Positions 11,050 through 21,678 of a stretch of 64,000 bases of DNA are shown here, piece by piece. A model generated the notes under the pieces. It worked only from the letters and a program-made list of their open reading frames with translations. It was not told where the DNA came from and did no database searches. Location: positions 128,001-192,000 of the forward strand of contig CAVUWD010000008.1 in assembly GCA_963745025.1 (NCBI GenBank), written 5' to 3'. Origin of the DNA: an uncultured delta proteobacterium (GTDB lineage: Bacteria > Desulfobacterota > Binatia > JACPRU01). Every line of letters starts with the position of its first letter. The stretch's first letter is position 1. Position numbers and translations under genes: made by a program.

Positions 11050-11884
11050 GAGAACGCGATGGCGTCCATTCGACGACCTGGACCTGCGAGAGCTTCGCCG
11101 AGCTCTACGGGCGATACCTTCCGGGTTGGCGGAACGACCCGTTCTCGCTCCGCTACGCGATCGGCATCCCGAAGGCCGAGATCTGGGAGGCGCACGCGGA
11201 GGCCAAGAGGCGGCTCCTCGACGAGGCGGCGAGGCACGGCCACTCTGGACTCCGCTACGAGGCGTTCACGATCGGGTTCGCGCGCCGGGCAGCGTACAAG
11301 CGCGCTGACCTCGTCTTCTCCGACCCGGGGCGCCTTGCGGCCATCGCCGAGGTTGTCGGACCGCTTAGCTCGTCTTCGCAGGAAAGGCACACCCGCGCGA
11401 CGCAGAGGGGAAAGATCTCATCCGGCGGGTATTCCGCTTCGCAAACCACCTCCGCGGCCGCGTCACCGTCGTCTATCTCGCCGAGTATGATCTCGAGCTC
11501 GCGAAGCTTGTCGTCTCCGGGGTCGACCTCTGGCTGAACACGCCCCTGGCGCCGCTCGAGGCTTCGGGTACCTCGGGCATGAAAGCGGCGCACAATGGCG
11601 TGCCGAGCCTGAGCACGCTCGACGGTTGGTGGGTCGAGGGGCACGTCGAAGGAGTGACCGGCTGGTCGATCGGCGGCGGGCCGGAGGCTTCGAGCCCTGC
11701 GGAGGAGCGGAGGAAGCAGGATGCGGACGACCTCTATCGGAAGCTCGGCGAAATCATCGTGCCGATGTTCTACCGCGATCGCGAGCGCTGGCTCGACGTG
11801 ATGCGCCAGACGATCGCGTTCAACGCCTCGTTCTTCAACACCCATAGGATGGTTCAGCAGTATGTCGCCAACGCATACCTATAG
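11050..11884 (+). pseudogene. glgP: Alpha-glucan (glycogen) phosphorylase C-terminal fragment, frameshifted
   Basis: TIGFARRAAYKRADL, LEASGTSGMKAAHNGVPSLSTLDGWWVEG, FNTHRMVQQY. Confidence 0.85.
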
Positions 11885-12198
11885 TCGTCGGTCGCGCTCG
11901 GAGGCCGGCGAGGTTGAGTCGCTCGCCGCCCTTCTCGACGAGAAGGGAGAGGTCAGTTGAGCAGAGGCAACATGCCCTGCGGATCTCAGCGAGTTTACCG
12001 CCGAAACAGGCACGCCGACCATCGCGGCCGGCTTACCCGGCTCCCGCCTTTGGGAACCCGGCGAGCGTTCCTTCCCAATTTGCAGAAGGACAGAAGCTGA
12101 GGCTGCAGAAATCCGTGATCTCGGAGCGGTATAACCCTTGCGAGGGCTATCCTTGTCCGCATCCCGCGGACCAGAACAGGGTAAAGGAGATTGGGAAA

Positions 12199-12570
12199 AT
12201 GAGCAGATTCCAAAGACGCATAGGGCTCGTCGTGTTGGTCTTCGCGGCGCTATCGCTCGCGGCCACGAGAAGCTTTGCTGCCGAAGACTTCGACGTCGAC
12301 AAGGCAATCGCCACGGCCAAGACCCCCGCGGACCATGAGGCCATCGCGGCCTATTACGACAAGGAGGCGGCAGAGGCCCAGGCGAAGGCCGAAAGCCACT
12401 CCAAGATGGGAGAGGAGTACAAGAAGGCGAGCGGCCATTTGACAGAGAAGTTGCACATCGACCAGCACTGCGAGCGGTTGACCAAGAGCTACGCGAGAGC
12501 AGCAGACGAAGCGAAGGCGCTCGCGGCCGCTCACCGCGAGATGGCGAAGCAGGCAGAGAAGCAAAAGTAG
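12199..12570 (+). CDS. Small secreted helical protein with several His and one Cys (possible metal binding)
   Basis: Signal peptide; AKTPADHEAIAAYY..HSKM..HCERL..HREMA; RBS aaggag. Confidence 0.75.
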   Translation: MSRFQRRIGLVVLVFAALSLAATRSFAAEDFDVDKAIATAKTPADHEAIAAYYDKEAAEAQAKAESHSKMGEEYKKASGHLTEKLHIDQHCERLTKSYARAADEAKALAAAHREMAKQAEKQK

Positions 12571-12728
12571 TCGTCGCGAAGGACGTGGCGATACCGGAGG
12601 TCGCTACGGGAATCGTCGGCTGGATCGAACGAACCGCTCGGAGCGATCTTCCGACCGTTCCTCGTCGGCAGCGATGAGCGATCTCGTTTTCACGAGCCCT
12701 TTTTGCTGACAGGAAGGAGCATGTCGCA

Positions 12729-13343
12729 ATGAGAACGATGCGCATGTGGAAGACACTTGCCCTGATCGGAGTCCTCGCGCTGGCCGCATGTGGCGGTGGA
12801 GGCGGCGGCTCTACCGGAGGCGGCAGCTCTGCCGAAACGAACATCACGGGCCAGGTCGCCAACCGAACCGCGAGGGCCGTGCCGGCGGGGCGGCAGAGGC
12901 CCACGAGCCGCTCGTGGCTGGCGCGGTTGAGCTCCGTCGGGGTCGCTTACGCTCACAGCGGAGTGAATGCCCTCGACGTGTGCGCCGAGACGTGCCCTTC
13001 CGGACTCGATTCTTCGGGTCGCTGCCCCGATCCGCAGCCGACGGGCTTCTGTTCCCAAACCGATGACATGGGCTCCTTCAGGGTGCAGGGGGACATGAGC
13101 GGGGACCTTTGTGTCCATTTCACCGACCCGGACGATTCCAGCTTCACGCCGACGGCGTGCGTTCGCGGCGTTCCGCAGGGCGCACAGGTCAGCATGAACG
13201 GAATGAGCTGCTCCCACGGCAACGAGACTTGCACGTCCGGCCAGATCGAGATGACAGACCCCATGGGAAACCACTCGAGCTGGGATGGAAACCGGCACCA
13301 ATGGGACGGCGGCGGCCAGCAGGGAATGAACGGAATGAGATGA
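12729..13343 (+). CDS. Cys/Met-rich lipoprotein, hypothetical
   Basis: Lipobox LAAC then a Gly run; multiple Cys; RBS aggag. Confidence 0.7.
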   Translation: MRTMRMWKTLALIGVLALAACGGGGGGSTGGGSSAETNITGQVANRTARAVPAGRQRPTSRSWLARLSSVGVAYAHSGVNALDVCAETCPSGLDSSGRCPDPQPTGFCSQTDDMGSFRVQGDMSGDLCVHFTDPDDSSFTPTACVRGVPQGAQVSMNGMSCSHGNETCTSGQIEMTDPMGNHSSWDGNRHQWDGGGQQGMNGMR

Positions 13344-13381
13344 CGAGCCTCCCCCTATCGGGCGAGGTCGGAAAACGAAAC

Positions 13382-13493
13382 CTGCTACCGCTCTGCTACC
13401 ACGCCAGGACCAACCACCCCGAACCAGGAGCAACTCGTATCACTCGGAATCCTCGTCCGTAGGCGGAGTTGGTTGCTCCTGGTTGCTCTCCGT
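13382..13493 (+). repeat. ~112-bp att-arm-like repeat, copy 1 of 3
   Basis: Tandem ctgctacc, invariant cggaatcctcgtccgtagg, internal IR aaccaggagcaac/gttgctcctggtt. Confidence 0.85.
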
Positions 13494-13637
13494 CGCTCCG
13501 CTGATTCTGAAGCTCAGCGTTGACAACCCGTTTCGCGGCGTCGATTTCTTCGAGACCGAGTGCGGCGGGTTGGAGATCGGCGGGTAGGCTCGCGGGGCCT
13601 GCGGCAACATGATGCGAGTGGTCGACATCGGCGCCGT

Positions 13638-13672
13638 GCCAGTATCGGCGTCCGGGATCGACCGTTACGTAG
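13638..13672 (+). repeat. 35-bp direct repeat, copy 1 (res-like)
   Basis: gccagtatcggcgtccgggatcgaccgttacgtag; 33/35 identical to 14769-14803. Confidence 0.85.
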
Positions 13673-13732
13673 CTTTCCGGCCCTTATAACCGCTATGCTC
13701 ACCGACCGCATGGCGCAAACGAGAGCGAGAAC

Positions 13733-13954
13733 ATGCGCGTGACCGAGCGGATCACGCGAATCGACGAGGACACGCTCGAGTACTCGTTCACGGTCGTCGA
13801 TCCCGACACGTGGGGCGAGCCTTGGGGCGGCGTCTATCCGCTGACGGGACTGAACGGCCTGCTGTTCGAGTACGCGTGCACGGAGGGCAACTACGGCATG
13901 GCGAGCATTCTGTCCGGTCAGCGCGTTGCGGAAAGAGAAGCGGCGAAGAAGTAG
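13733..13954 (+). pseudogene. C-terminal fragment of a conserved hypothetical protein
   Basis: VTERITRIDEDTLEYSFTVVDP..W....LFEYACTEGNY; lacks N-terminus. Confidence 0.55.
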
Positions 13955-13968
13955 TCGAAAGCGTGTCG

Positions 13969-14580
13969 ATGCGCGCAATCGTGCTAAAGCTGACCGGCGT
14001 CGTCCTCACGGCCTCGCTGCTCGTCGTGGCCCCCGCGAACGCCGTCGAGGTCAAGTTCATCGCGTTCTCCGCGGCGGACCAGTGGGACGCCCGCACCTAT
14101 CGCGCGATCTGGGAAGAGTCCGGCGAACGCATCGTGGCGGCGTTCGAGGCCGTGACCTGTCTCCCCTTCGCCGAATCGATCGTGCCCGCGGTGGTGGCCG
14201 AGGACGTGAGCAACTCCGGCGGGCCCGAGCATCCGATGCAACTGCGCGCGAGCTATGTCCGTGCGGTGAAGCAAGCCACGCTCGTCCACGAGCTCGGCCA
14301 CCGTGATCTGTGGCAGCTCACCAAACGGCTCGGTGGCGTCGACGGGCATATGACGCTCTATCTCGTCCTCGACCGCGTGTGGGCGTACGTGTGGGGCGAG
14401 AAGTTCGCGGAGGAGCGCATCCGAGACGAATCCGGCTGGCGCGCGAGTTACGCCTACGGCGCGGCCTGGAAGTGGGCGCGCTCGCTCGGACGCGCAGAGC
14501 GCGTGCGGCTGTGGAACGAGCTGCTGATCAAGAACGGCTTCCCGGGCGGCTGCAACGGCTCGCTCGACGGCGCCGGCTGA
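13969..14580 (+). CDS. Secreted hypothetical protein with HExxH motif (putative metallopeptidase)
   Basis: Signal peptide; TLVHELGH. Confidence 0.6.
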   Translation: MRAIVLKLTGVVLTASLLVVAPANAVEVKFIAFSAADQWDARTYRAIWEESGERIVAAFEAVTCLPFAESIVPAVVAEDVSNSGGPEHPMQLRASYVRAVKQATLVHELGHRDLWQLTKRLGGVDGHMTLYLVLDRVWAYVWGEKFAEERIRDESGWRASYAYGAAWKWARSLGRAERVRLWNELLIKNGFPGGCNGSLDGAG

Positions 14581-14768
14581 CAGCACGCCCGCTGACGATC
14601 GTTCGAAATCGCGGTCACTGTCCGCGCGGTTCGCTCGACATCGCGGCGCGCCAGTCGCTCCAGCCCGAGTCCATGCCGTACGGCACGGCTGCAGCACGGA
14701 TTCCCGTTCGATGCCGGGCTCCGAGCACGCGCGGCGCGGCGTACCGTCAAAACGGGCCGTAGAGCCCG

Positions 14769-14803
14769 GCCAGTATCGGCGTCCGATATCGACCGTTACG
14801 TAG
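14769..14803 (+). repeat. 35-bp direct repeat, copy 2
   Basis: gccagtatcggcgtccgatatcgaccgttacgtag. Confidence 0.85.
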
Positions 14804-14822
14804 GGCGGGCCGCCACGCGCAG

Positions 14823-14890
14823 TTAAAGAATCCTCCGCACCACCGACGGATCCTCGATCGTGGCAAGCAAGCGGAGCCTTCCGCCGCAGG
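14823..14890 (-). pseudogene. IS91/ISCR-type transposase C-terminal remnant
   Basis: CGGRLRLLATIEDPSVVRRIL*. Confidence 0.6.
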
Positions 14891-15220
14891 CATCGGGCGT
14901 GATGCACCCGTAGGCAAAGACAGTGCCACGAACGGCGGGTGTTCAACTCCGCTATTTACACTTCTGAGTCCCCGCCCGCACTGGTGGTGGTGGCCGAACT
15001 TTCCGCAGATCCGGTCAGAGCCGTCGGAGCGGACCTCGCCGGCTCGGGAGGGGCTGTCCTTCGCCAGAATCGCATCCGACTTCTTGGCGACGGTCCGTGC
15101 TCTTGCGACGGTCACCACACGCCAGGAGGCCGGTGACAGGTGTCCGACGTCGTTTCGGTGAGGGACAGACCTCGACCTGAATGAACGCTAATGAGCGCGG
15201 CCGCGCTTACGGCGCGCGCT

Positions 15221-15469
15221 CTACGTGAAGATCCCGAGCGCCTTCAGGAGGAAGATCAGGACCGCAGCGCCGATCACCGCCACCACCCATCCCATGATGG
15301 GGCCACCCACCGAAAGCCCCAGCACGCCGGCGAGCCAGAACCCCAGGCTCGAGCCGATGATCCCGACGATGACGTTGGCGATGATGCCCATCTGGGCGTT
15401 GGTCTTCATCACCATGCTTCCCAGCCAGCCGACAATCCCGCCCACGACGATCGTGATGATCCAGTTCAT
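15221..15469 (-). CDS. GlsB/YeaQ/YmgE (transglycosylase-associated) membrane protein
   Basis: MNWIITIVVGGIVGWLGS...NVIVGIIGS..AVIGAAVLI. Confidence 0.9.
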   Translation of the reverse strand: MNWIITIVVGGIVGWLGSMVMKTNAQMGIIANVIVGIIGSSLGFWLAGVLGLSVGGPIMGWVVAVIGAAVLIFLLKALGIFT

Positions 15470-15691
15470 CAGTCTTCTCCTCCAGTTCTTGCGGGTGAGG
15501 CTACGGGTCCGGCCTTGGGGCGGAATCCGCGGAGAGAGTGTCCTCCTTCGTGGTTTCGCGCGCAACAGGTATTTGGGGCAGCGAGGGGAAGAAGGGCTAT
15601 CGGCCACTCGCCTCCGTCTTGGCAACCTCTCTCGGCATCTTTGGGGCACACGGCGTCAAGAGATGCTCACCGAAGCGTTCGCTCGAGCGGA

Positions 15692-15723
15692 GAGGATAGC
15701 CGGGATAAGCGGCCGAGTTGACG
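15692..15723 (+). repeat. 32-bp direct repeat (IS-end-like), copy 1
   Basis: gaggatagccgggataagcggccgagttgacg identical to 16842-16873. Confidence 0.9.
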
Positions 15724-15849
15724 TAAAGCCTCAATATCTGACGCTGCCCAAACACGAGACGCCTCGTTTCTACGGGGCGCATAGTTCGATCTGTCCTTCC
15801 GTACCGCCCGGAAGGGCACTTGGGAGCCCATAGAGAGCCGTGCGGTTAC

Positions 15850-16651
15850 TCATTCCACCCGGAAGACACCTCTGACAAGCCGGATCTGGCCCTCCTGAAG
15901 ACTGCGCCGCGCGTTCGCGGCCTTTTGCGCGAGATTGTCGACGTACACCCCCAAGGTCAGCGGACTCGGTGCGGCGTCTGCGGTAGTCCTGCTCAGATGA
16001 GCGTCGCTGGTATCCTCGAAGAGTTCAGCGATGAATCCACTCTCGCCGAGAACCGAGCGCAGTCTCTTCGGCAGAGACAAGGAAGCTGTCGGCAGGGTCG
16101 GTGGCCCACGGAAGCGGAAAATAGGACGTAGCCGCTTCCCCGGCGGCCATCTCCTGGAAGGCGTACCGGCCGCCCGGCTTGAGGACCCGGTGGATCTCCC
16201 CGTAGAGCTTCCGCTTGTCCGCGATGTTCATGCCGACATTTTGCATCCAGACGACATCGAACGAATCGTCGGGAAAGGGCAGGTCGAGAGCGCTGCCCTT
16301 GTGCACTTCGATTCGGTCGTCGAGGCCGGTCAGCCGATTCAGCAGTACCGCACCGGCGCAGAAATCGGGCGACAATTCGAGGCAGTCGACGCGGCAGCCG
16401 AGCGCGGAAGCGAGCAGCCGGGCGGGACCGGCCAGCCCGGCTCCAATATCGAGAACGCGATCTTCGGCCCGAATCTGCGCCAGCTCCAGCAACTCGCGTG
16501 AAGCGCGGAGTCCGCCCGTGTGGAAATGGTCGAGCGCCCCCAGCTCCTCGGGCGACAGGCGTTGCTCGGGATTCAATCCGGCCGCGCGGACGGCCGCCAG
16601 GATTCGCGCCTCGATGTCGCGGGCCGAATAGTGTGCTTCCAGACCAGCCAT
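15850..16651 (-). CDS. SAM-dependent methyltransferase (frameshift near 16070)
   Basis: LDHFHTGG, VLDIGAGLAGPAR, LPFPDDSFDVVW, FPLPWA; C-terminus in ORF 15850..16080. Confidence 0.8.
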
Positions 16652-16841
16652 GAACAACCTCTCCTCAAGATCCGCCGTGTTCGGCACGCGCCGATTGCAT
16701 GCCACAGGCCCAACTACCATTCGCCTCCCGAACAAACTCTGCAACCCCCGCGAGGCCCGAGCATCTCCTGGGTCTCGGCGATGCCGCCGATCACCGAGCC
16801 CACGACCGCCTTGCGCCCCGAACACCAACAGAGCGGTGTTG

Positions 16842-16873
16842 GAGGATAGCCGGGATAAGCGGCCGAGTTGACG
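16842..16873 (+). repeat. 32-bp direct repeat, copy 2
   Basis: Identical to 15692-15723; preceded by a zinc-ADH-like shard (GSVIGGIAETQEML). Confidence 0.9.
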
Positions 16874-16899
16874 GCAGTGCGCCGAGGTCGATCAGCTCG

Positions 16900-17330
16900 T
16901 GAACGCGGGCGCGAAATGCCTCCGGCCGCGCCGCCTCCACGTCCGCGAACCAGTAAATCCAGGTGGCGCCTGGGCGTGCGCCGCCTGGTAGTTGTCGACC
17001 GCAAGCAGGGTCTTGCGATCGGCGGGCGCGAGCTTTCCCTGGTCGACCACGATCGCGCGCCACGGTTGGAGGTTCCCTGGGCAGGTGGTCCCCACCCGCA
17101 CGACCTCGAGGACCCGCTGAATCTTCTCCCGCTCGACCGCTCGCTTCGCATCGAAGATCCGAATGCTTCTGCGGAGACCGCAAACGTCCAGGAACTCCAC
17201 GAGGCACCTCCCTTGCGACCGGCCTCGGCCGGTCGATCCGCTCAATGCGGCTTCACGATCTGGATGAAGCGCGTCTTGTGCTCGCTCCGGGGCGGCTCGT
17301 TCGGCTCGAGCCGTGCGATGCCTTCGGCCA
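16900..17330 (-). pseudogene. Nitroreductase-family fragment
   Basis: LRRSIRIFD...GNLQPWRAIVV; frameshifted and cut close to the 32-bp repeat. Confidence 0.6.
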
Positions 17331-17333
17331 CGG

Positions 17334-18416
17334 CTAGCGGAAGGCGGGCATCACCATTTCGGCGAAATCCCTGATCACCTTGCGCTCGCAGTCCATCGGT
17401 GGCCACAGCGTGATTTCCCGAACGCCGACCTTCTCGATGGCGCGCAGTTGCGCGATGATTTCTTCCGGAGTTCCGACCAGGCAACCGGCGCGAATCGCCT
17501 CCGGGGTCACGAATCCGCGCTCCGCGGGCTGGAGGTACACCAGGTGGCCGTCGTGAATCTGCCGGAAGCGAGCCTTCTCGGGTAGGCTGAAGCGATTCAC
17601 GTGCTCGAGATAGTCGCTCCATACGTTGGCGAAATAGGGCGGGATCAGTTCGCCCTTCTCGCCCGAGTCTTTCCAGAGTTCATAGAAGAAATGCAGCTCG
17701 CACATCACCCAAGAGCCGGTTTCGTTGATCACGCGCTCGTCGGTGAGCTTCTCCCCGGGGCGGAGCACGCAGCTCGTAGTGATGAAGGCGGTGTGGAAAT
17801 CAGCGGGCAACGAGCGTCCGGCCCGCTCGGCGCCGCGTCGAATCAGTTCCAGCTTGGGCCCGGCGACTTCCGGCTTTCCGCCCACGGTAATCCATCCGTC
17901 GGCGAGAGCCCCGGTGGCCTCAAGCGCCTTGGGTCCGTTGGCCGCCGCGTAGATCGGGATGTGATTGTCGAGATTGATGAAGTAGCGGTCGCGATGGATG
18001 AACTGGATCTCGCGGGCCTTGCCCCGGTAGGTGTAGTCGACCGCCTGGCCGTCGAGCAGCGTACGCACCACGCGCAAGTATTCGCGGAACTCGCTGGTCT
18101 TCATCGGATCCTGACCCATCACGCGCATCGCCGTATGGCCGGTTCCGAGTCCCAGGAAGACCCGACCCGGCGCAATCTGGTTGATGCTCGCAATCGAGTG
18201 TGCGGTCACCGGCGCGATCCGCGTTCCGGCGATCGCGACCCCGCTGCCGATCTTGATCCGTTTCGTATGGTGCGCCGCGAGCGCCATCGTCGCGTAGCAA
18301 TCGGACCAGATCATCTGCGAATCGCCGACCCACGCGCGGTCGTAGCCGAGCTCCTCGAGGTAACGAATGATGTCCCAGTTCGTTATGTGGGCGCTGACGC
18401 CGAGACCGAATTCCAT
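17334..18416 (-). CDS. LLM-class flavin-dependent oxidoreductase
   Basis: GYDRAWVGDSQ, IAPGRVFLGLGTG, IPIYAAANGPKAL, LVGTPEEI. Confidence 0.92.
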   Translation of the reverse strand: MEFGLGVSAHITNWDIIRYLEELGYDRAWVGDSQMIWSDCYATMALAAHHTKRIKIGSGVAIAGTRIAPVTAHSIASINQIAPGRVFLGLGTGHTAMRVMGQDPMKTSEFREYLRVVRTLLDGQAVDYTYRGKAREIQFIHRDRYFINLDNHIPIYAAANGPKALEATGALADGWITVGGKPEVAGPKLELIRRGAERAGRSLPADFHTAFITTSCVLRPGEKLTDERVINETGSWVMCELHFFYELWKDSGEKGELIPPYFANVWSDYLEHVNRFSLPEKARFRQIHDGHLVYLQPAERGFVTPEAIRAGCLVGTPEEIIAQLRAIEKVGVREITLWPPMDCERKVIRDFAEMVMPAFR

Positions 18417-18984
18417 TGGGCGCTCCTCGCATCATCGAGCGGTTTGGGGGTCGGTACCACAGGGAGTTCGATCCGTCAAAATGGCGCGTCCCTAGGGCTA
18501 CGATCGAGCGTCGGTTTGTCAACGACCTTGGCCTCGCCGCCGCGTCTGCGGGTCAGGCCGGCGTTGCCGGAGCCTTGCGAGAACGGACGGACGTCGCGCC
18601 GTCCGGACGGACAGGTGCTGCTCAGAAAACGCCACCACTCCGCTAGACCGCGCGTCCAGGTGGGCGGGACGTAGTGCACTCCGCGCGCGAACCAGAACAC
18701 GCTGCGGCGCGCGAAGGCGTCACACCGGGCGCTGTCGTCGAGTCGCGGCGGCGGCGCGCAGCGGTAGATGACGCGCGGATCGCTGTGATAGAAGCGGATC
18801 GCCGCGGCATCGACGAAGGCGGGCAGTCCCTCCCCGGCGCCGCGGGCTCACCCCTCCTCGAGGAAGCTCTCGAGGTGCTTCAGCGGGGCCGGTGGGCTGC
18901 GCTGTTCCGGCTTCCCACCTCGCCCGCCCAGTGAGCACCTCCAGCACTCGATGGAGTGTCCTACGGATGCGCGCGTTCACGCGG

Positions 18985-19086
18985 TACCTCGAAGAAGAAC
19001 ATGGCCACCAGGTTCTCCCTGCGGCGCAGGTCGATCAGCACGTCCTTCCAGACGAGCACACGCAAGCTGGCCCAGGCGCCGGTCAT
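18985..19086 (-). pseudogene. Heme exporter CcmB N-terminal shard
   Basis: LVWKDVLIDLRRRENLVAMFFF, start overlaps the stop of the upstream gene. Confidence 0.5.
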
Positions 19087-20102
19087 GCCGCCTCCTCGAT
19101 TCCCAGGGCGCCGAAGAAGCGCAGGGCCGCGGGTGCCAGGCTCGGCACGTGGTAGCCGCCTTCCTGCAACACGAGGAGCGGGGTGCCCAGTTGCGCGATG
19201 CGCGCCGCCATGGGGCGGAAGTCCTCCACATTCAGCTTGAACGCGCCAATGGGATCGTTCGCCAGCGTGTCGAAGCCCAAGCTCACGATCACTGCCGCGG
19301 GACCGAACGCTGCCACCTTCTCCAGCGCCGTCTCCAGGGCGTGTTGATAGGCCGCCCACGCTGTACCGCCGGGGAGCGGCAGGTTCAGGTTGCAGCCGGC
19401 ACCCCGACCCGTGCCCGTCTCGTCCGCTGCCCCGGCGACATAAGGATAGGCTTCCGTGGGGTCGCAGTGCAGGGAGACATAGAGCACGTCGTCCCGGTCA
19501 TAGAAGATGTCTTGCGTCCCGTTGCCGTGGTGAAAGTCCACGTCCAGGATGGCCACCTTGCCCAGGCGCAGCAGGTGCGCCGCCGCCAGCGCGGCGTTGT
19601 TGAAGATGCAGTAGCCTGCATAGTAGGCCTTGCCCGCGTGATGCCCCGGCGGCCGTGCGAGCGCATAGACCAACCGGTCGCCCGACGCCACCGTTTCCGC
19701 CGCCGCCTGGGCGGTCGCCGCCGCACCGAGCGCCGCTGCCAGCGTCGTGGGCAGCAGCGGCGTGCTGGTGTCGATGGCGTAGTAGCCCATGCGGATGCGG
19801 GCATAGCGGGACTTGAGCAGCAACGTGATCTGCTGGCCGTTCTGTGGGAAGAACTGCTCCTGCGGCTTCAGCCGGCCGCACACTTCCTCCACTGTGCGCA
19901 GGAAGCCCGCGCTGTGCACGGCCTCCAGCGCGGACGTATCCAACGCGGGCGGCGTTACCAGTTCCGCACCGCGCATGCGCCGCACAGCGCCTAGCAGTTG
20001 CTCCGTGCGCTCCGGTATCTCCGGGTACATCGTGAACCGCCCGCCATAAAAGCTGCGGTCGGGCCGGTAGTCCTGCTCCGCCGGATGGTAGAAGACCTTC
20101 AT
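19083..20102 (-). CDS. Histone deacetylase family / acetylpolyamine amidohydrolase
   Basis: RPPGHHA, GYCIFNNAA, LDVDFHHGNGTQDIFY, SLGFD, QEGGY. Confidence 0.92.
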   Translation of the reverse strand: MKVFYHPAEQDYRPDRSFYGGRFTMYPEIPERTEQLLGAVRRMRGAELVTPPALDTSALEAVHSAGFLRTVEEVCGRLKPQEQFFPQNGQQITLLLKSRYARIRMGYYAIDTSTPLLPTTLAAALGAAATAQAAAETVASGDRLVYALARPPGHHAGKAYYAGYCIFNNAALAAAHLLRLGKVAILDVDFHHGNGTQDIFYDRDDVLYVSLHCDPTEAYPYVAGAADETGTGRGAGCNLNLPLPGGTAWAAYQHALETALEKVAAFGPAAVIVSLGFDTLANDPIGAFKLNVEDFRPMAARIAQLGTPLLVLQEGGYHVPSLAPAALRFFGALGIEEAA

Positions 20103-20269
20103 CGCAGTCTCATCCGATCAACGCGACCAGGAGCAAGCTCGTGGACGCCCATGGCCAGGGTCAGTTCAATGTCCGCCGTGCGCGAGGCGCAGTTCACGAA
20201 GACCAGGTTCGTGGGGACTGACCCTTGGTAGACGCCGCTGCGAATGAAGTCCAGCATGCGCGGGTGCAG

Positions 20270-20450
20270 GCGGCGCCTGGTCCACGATGGCCGGGATCTT
20301 CCCGTTGGGGTTCACCGCGCGGTAGCTGGCCTCGTGTTGTGCGCCGCCGGTGATGTCGATGGGAATCAGCCGATAAGGAATCACCAGTTCCTCGACCAGG
20401 ATGTGCACCTTGTGCCCATTGGGTGCCGGCCATGTGTAAAGATCGATCAT
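20270..20450 (-). pseudogene. Glutathione S-transferase (YfcG-like) N-terminal fragment
   Basis: MIDLYTWPAPNGHKVHILVEE...VNPNGKIPAIVD, then breaks. Confidence 0.75.
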
Positions 20451-20459
20451 GACCGCGCG

Positions 20460-21233
20460 TCACCGCTTGTGCATGATCTCCTGGCGGCGGCGATCCTGGG
20501 CGCGCCGGTTTCCTTCGTCGCTCATGCCGGCGGGCAGGCGTTCGTCCAGGGCCACCGTTCGCTCCTCAATCTGCCTCAGCACGCCATCCTGCAGGGCCTT
20601 TTTTGACATCGCGTAGGCCGTGTTGCAATCCGGCGTGATGCATCGAGCGTAGTTGATCGCTGTCGGAAGCAGCCTGTCGGGCTCGACGACCTCATGGAAA
20701 AAGCCAAGCCGAGCCGCCTCCTCAAGGTCGTACAATTTTCCGCGCAGTGTGGCCAGCACTCCAACCTGCTCGCCCAAGGCGTACTTGATGATCTCGACGT
20801 AGGCCGCCGGCATCGGGATGCCGATGGGCACTTCGTTGAGCCCGAAGCGCACGGGTTTGCGCGCCGCGATCCGGAAATCGCAGTCGAGCGCCGTGATCAA
20901 CCCGCCAGCGATGGCGTGGCCGTTCACGGCGGCCACCGTCGGCCGTGGGTAGCGGAAGATGCGCAGGTTCGTTTCGCGGTACACGCGGTACCACTCGCGT
21001 ATCTTGTCGAGGCTCCCACTGCCGAAGATCTCGAAGCTGTATTGGAAGTCGATCCCGGCCGAGAACACATCGCCCTGACCCGTCAGCACGACCGGCAGTT
21101 GGCTGAACTCGCGCTCGAGCCGGTCGAAGACCCCGTGCAGATCGGCGAAGAACCGGGCATTCTGGACGATCGCCTTATTGGTGTTCATGCGCACGACGGC
21201 GCATTCGTCCACCACCTCGATATCCCATGCCAT
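20460..21233 (-). CDS. Enoyl-CoA hydratase/isomerase
   Basis: FSAGID, PTVAAVNGHAIAGG, FGLNEVPIGI. Confidence 0.9.
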   Translation of the reverse strand: MAWDIEVVDECAVVRMNTNKAIVQNARFFADLHGVFDRLEREFSQLPVVLTGQGDVFSAGIDFQYSFEIFGSGSLDKIREWYRVYRETNLRIFRYPRPTVAAVNGHAIAGGLITALDCDFRIAARKPVRFGLNEVPIGIPMPAAYVEIIKYALGEQVGVLATLRGKLYDLEEAARLGFFHEVVEPDRLLPTAINYARCITPDCNTAYAMSKKALQDGVLRQIEERTVALDERLPAGMSDEGNRRAQDRRRQEIMHKR

Positions 21234-21551
21234 GTCGTCTCCTTGAGGTCTGTGGTAGAGGTGACCTGTATTTCAATCAGAGTAGCGGGCACTCGATCGG
21301 GGGCTGTCGTCAAGACGATAAGAGCCGTCGCCGTGCTCCTCGATGCGCTTGATGACTTCCTTGTCGGCGAGGATCTCGAACGCTAGCCACCCCTCCGACG
21401 TCTCCCACGCTACGCCCGTTTTTACGGAGCGCACAAGGGGCTCGTCAGCCGATAGTGCTCGCCGAGCGGAGCGCGACAGCAGCCGACTGATTCGTAGAGC
21501 TGCCTGGGTCGGTGCGCGACGGCTCTGTTCTTCCGCGCCCGAAAACAGCGC

Positions 21552-21662
21552 CTGCTACCGCTCTGCTACCACACCAAGACCAACCGCCCGAACGAGGAGC
21601 TACTCTTCCGTGTCGGAATCCTCGTCCGTAGGTGGACTCGGTTCTTCCTGGGTGCTCTCCGT
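21552..21662 (+). repeat. ~112-bp att-arm-like repeat, copy 2 of 3
   Basis: Same architecture as 13382; followed 16 bp later by a tRNA 3' half. Confidence 0.85.
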
Positions 21663-21678
21663 TGGGCTCCGCAGAGAA

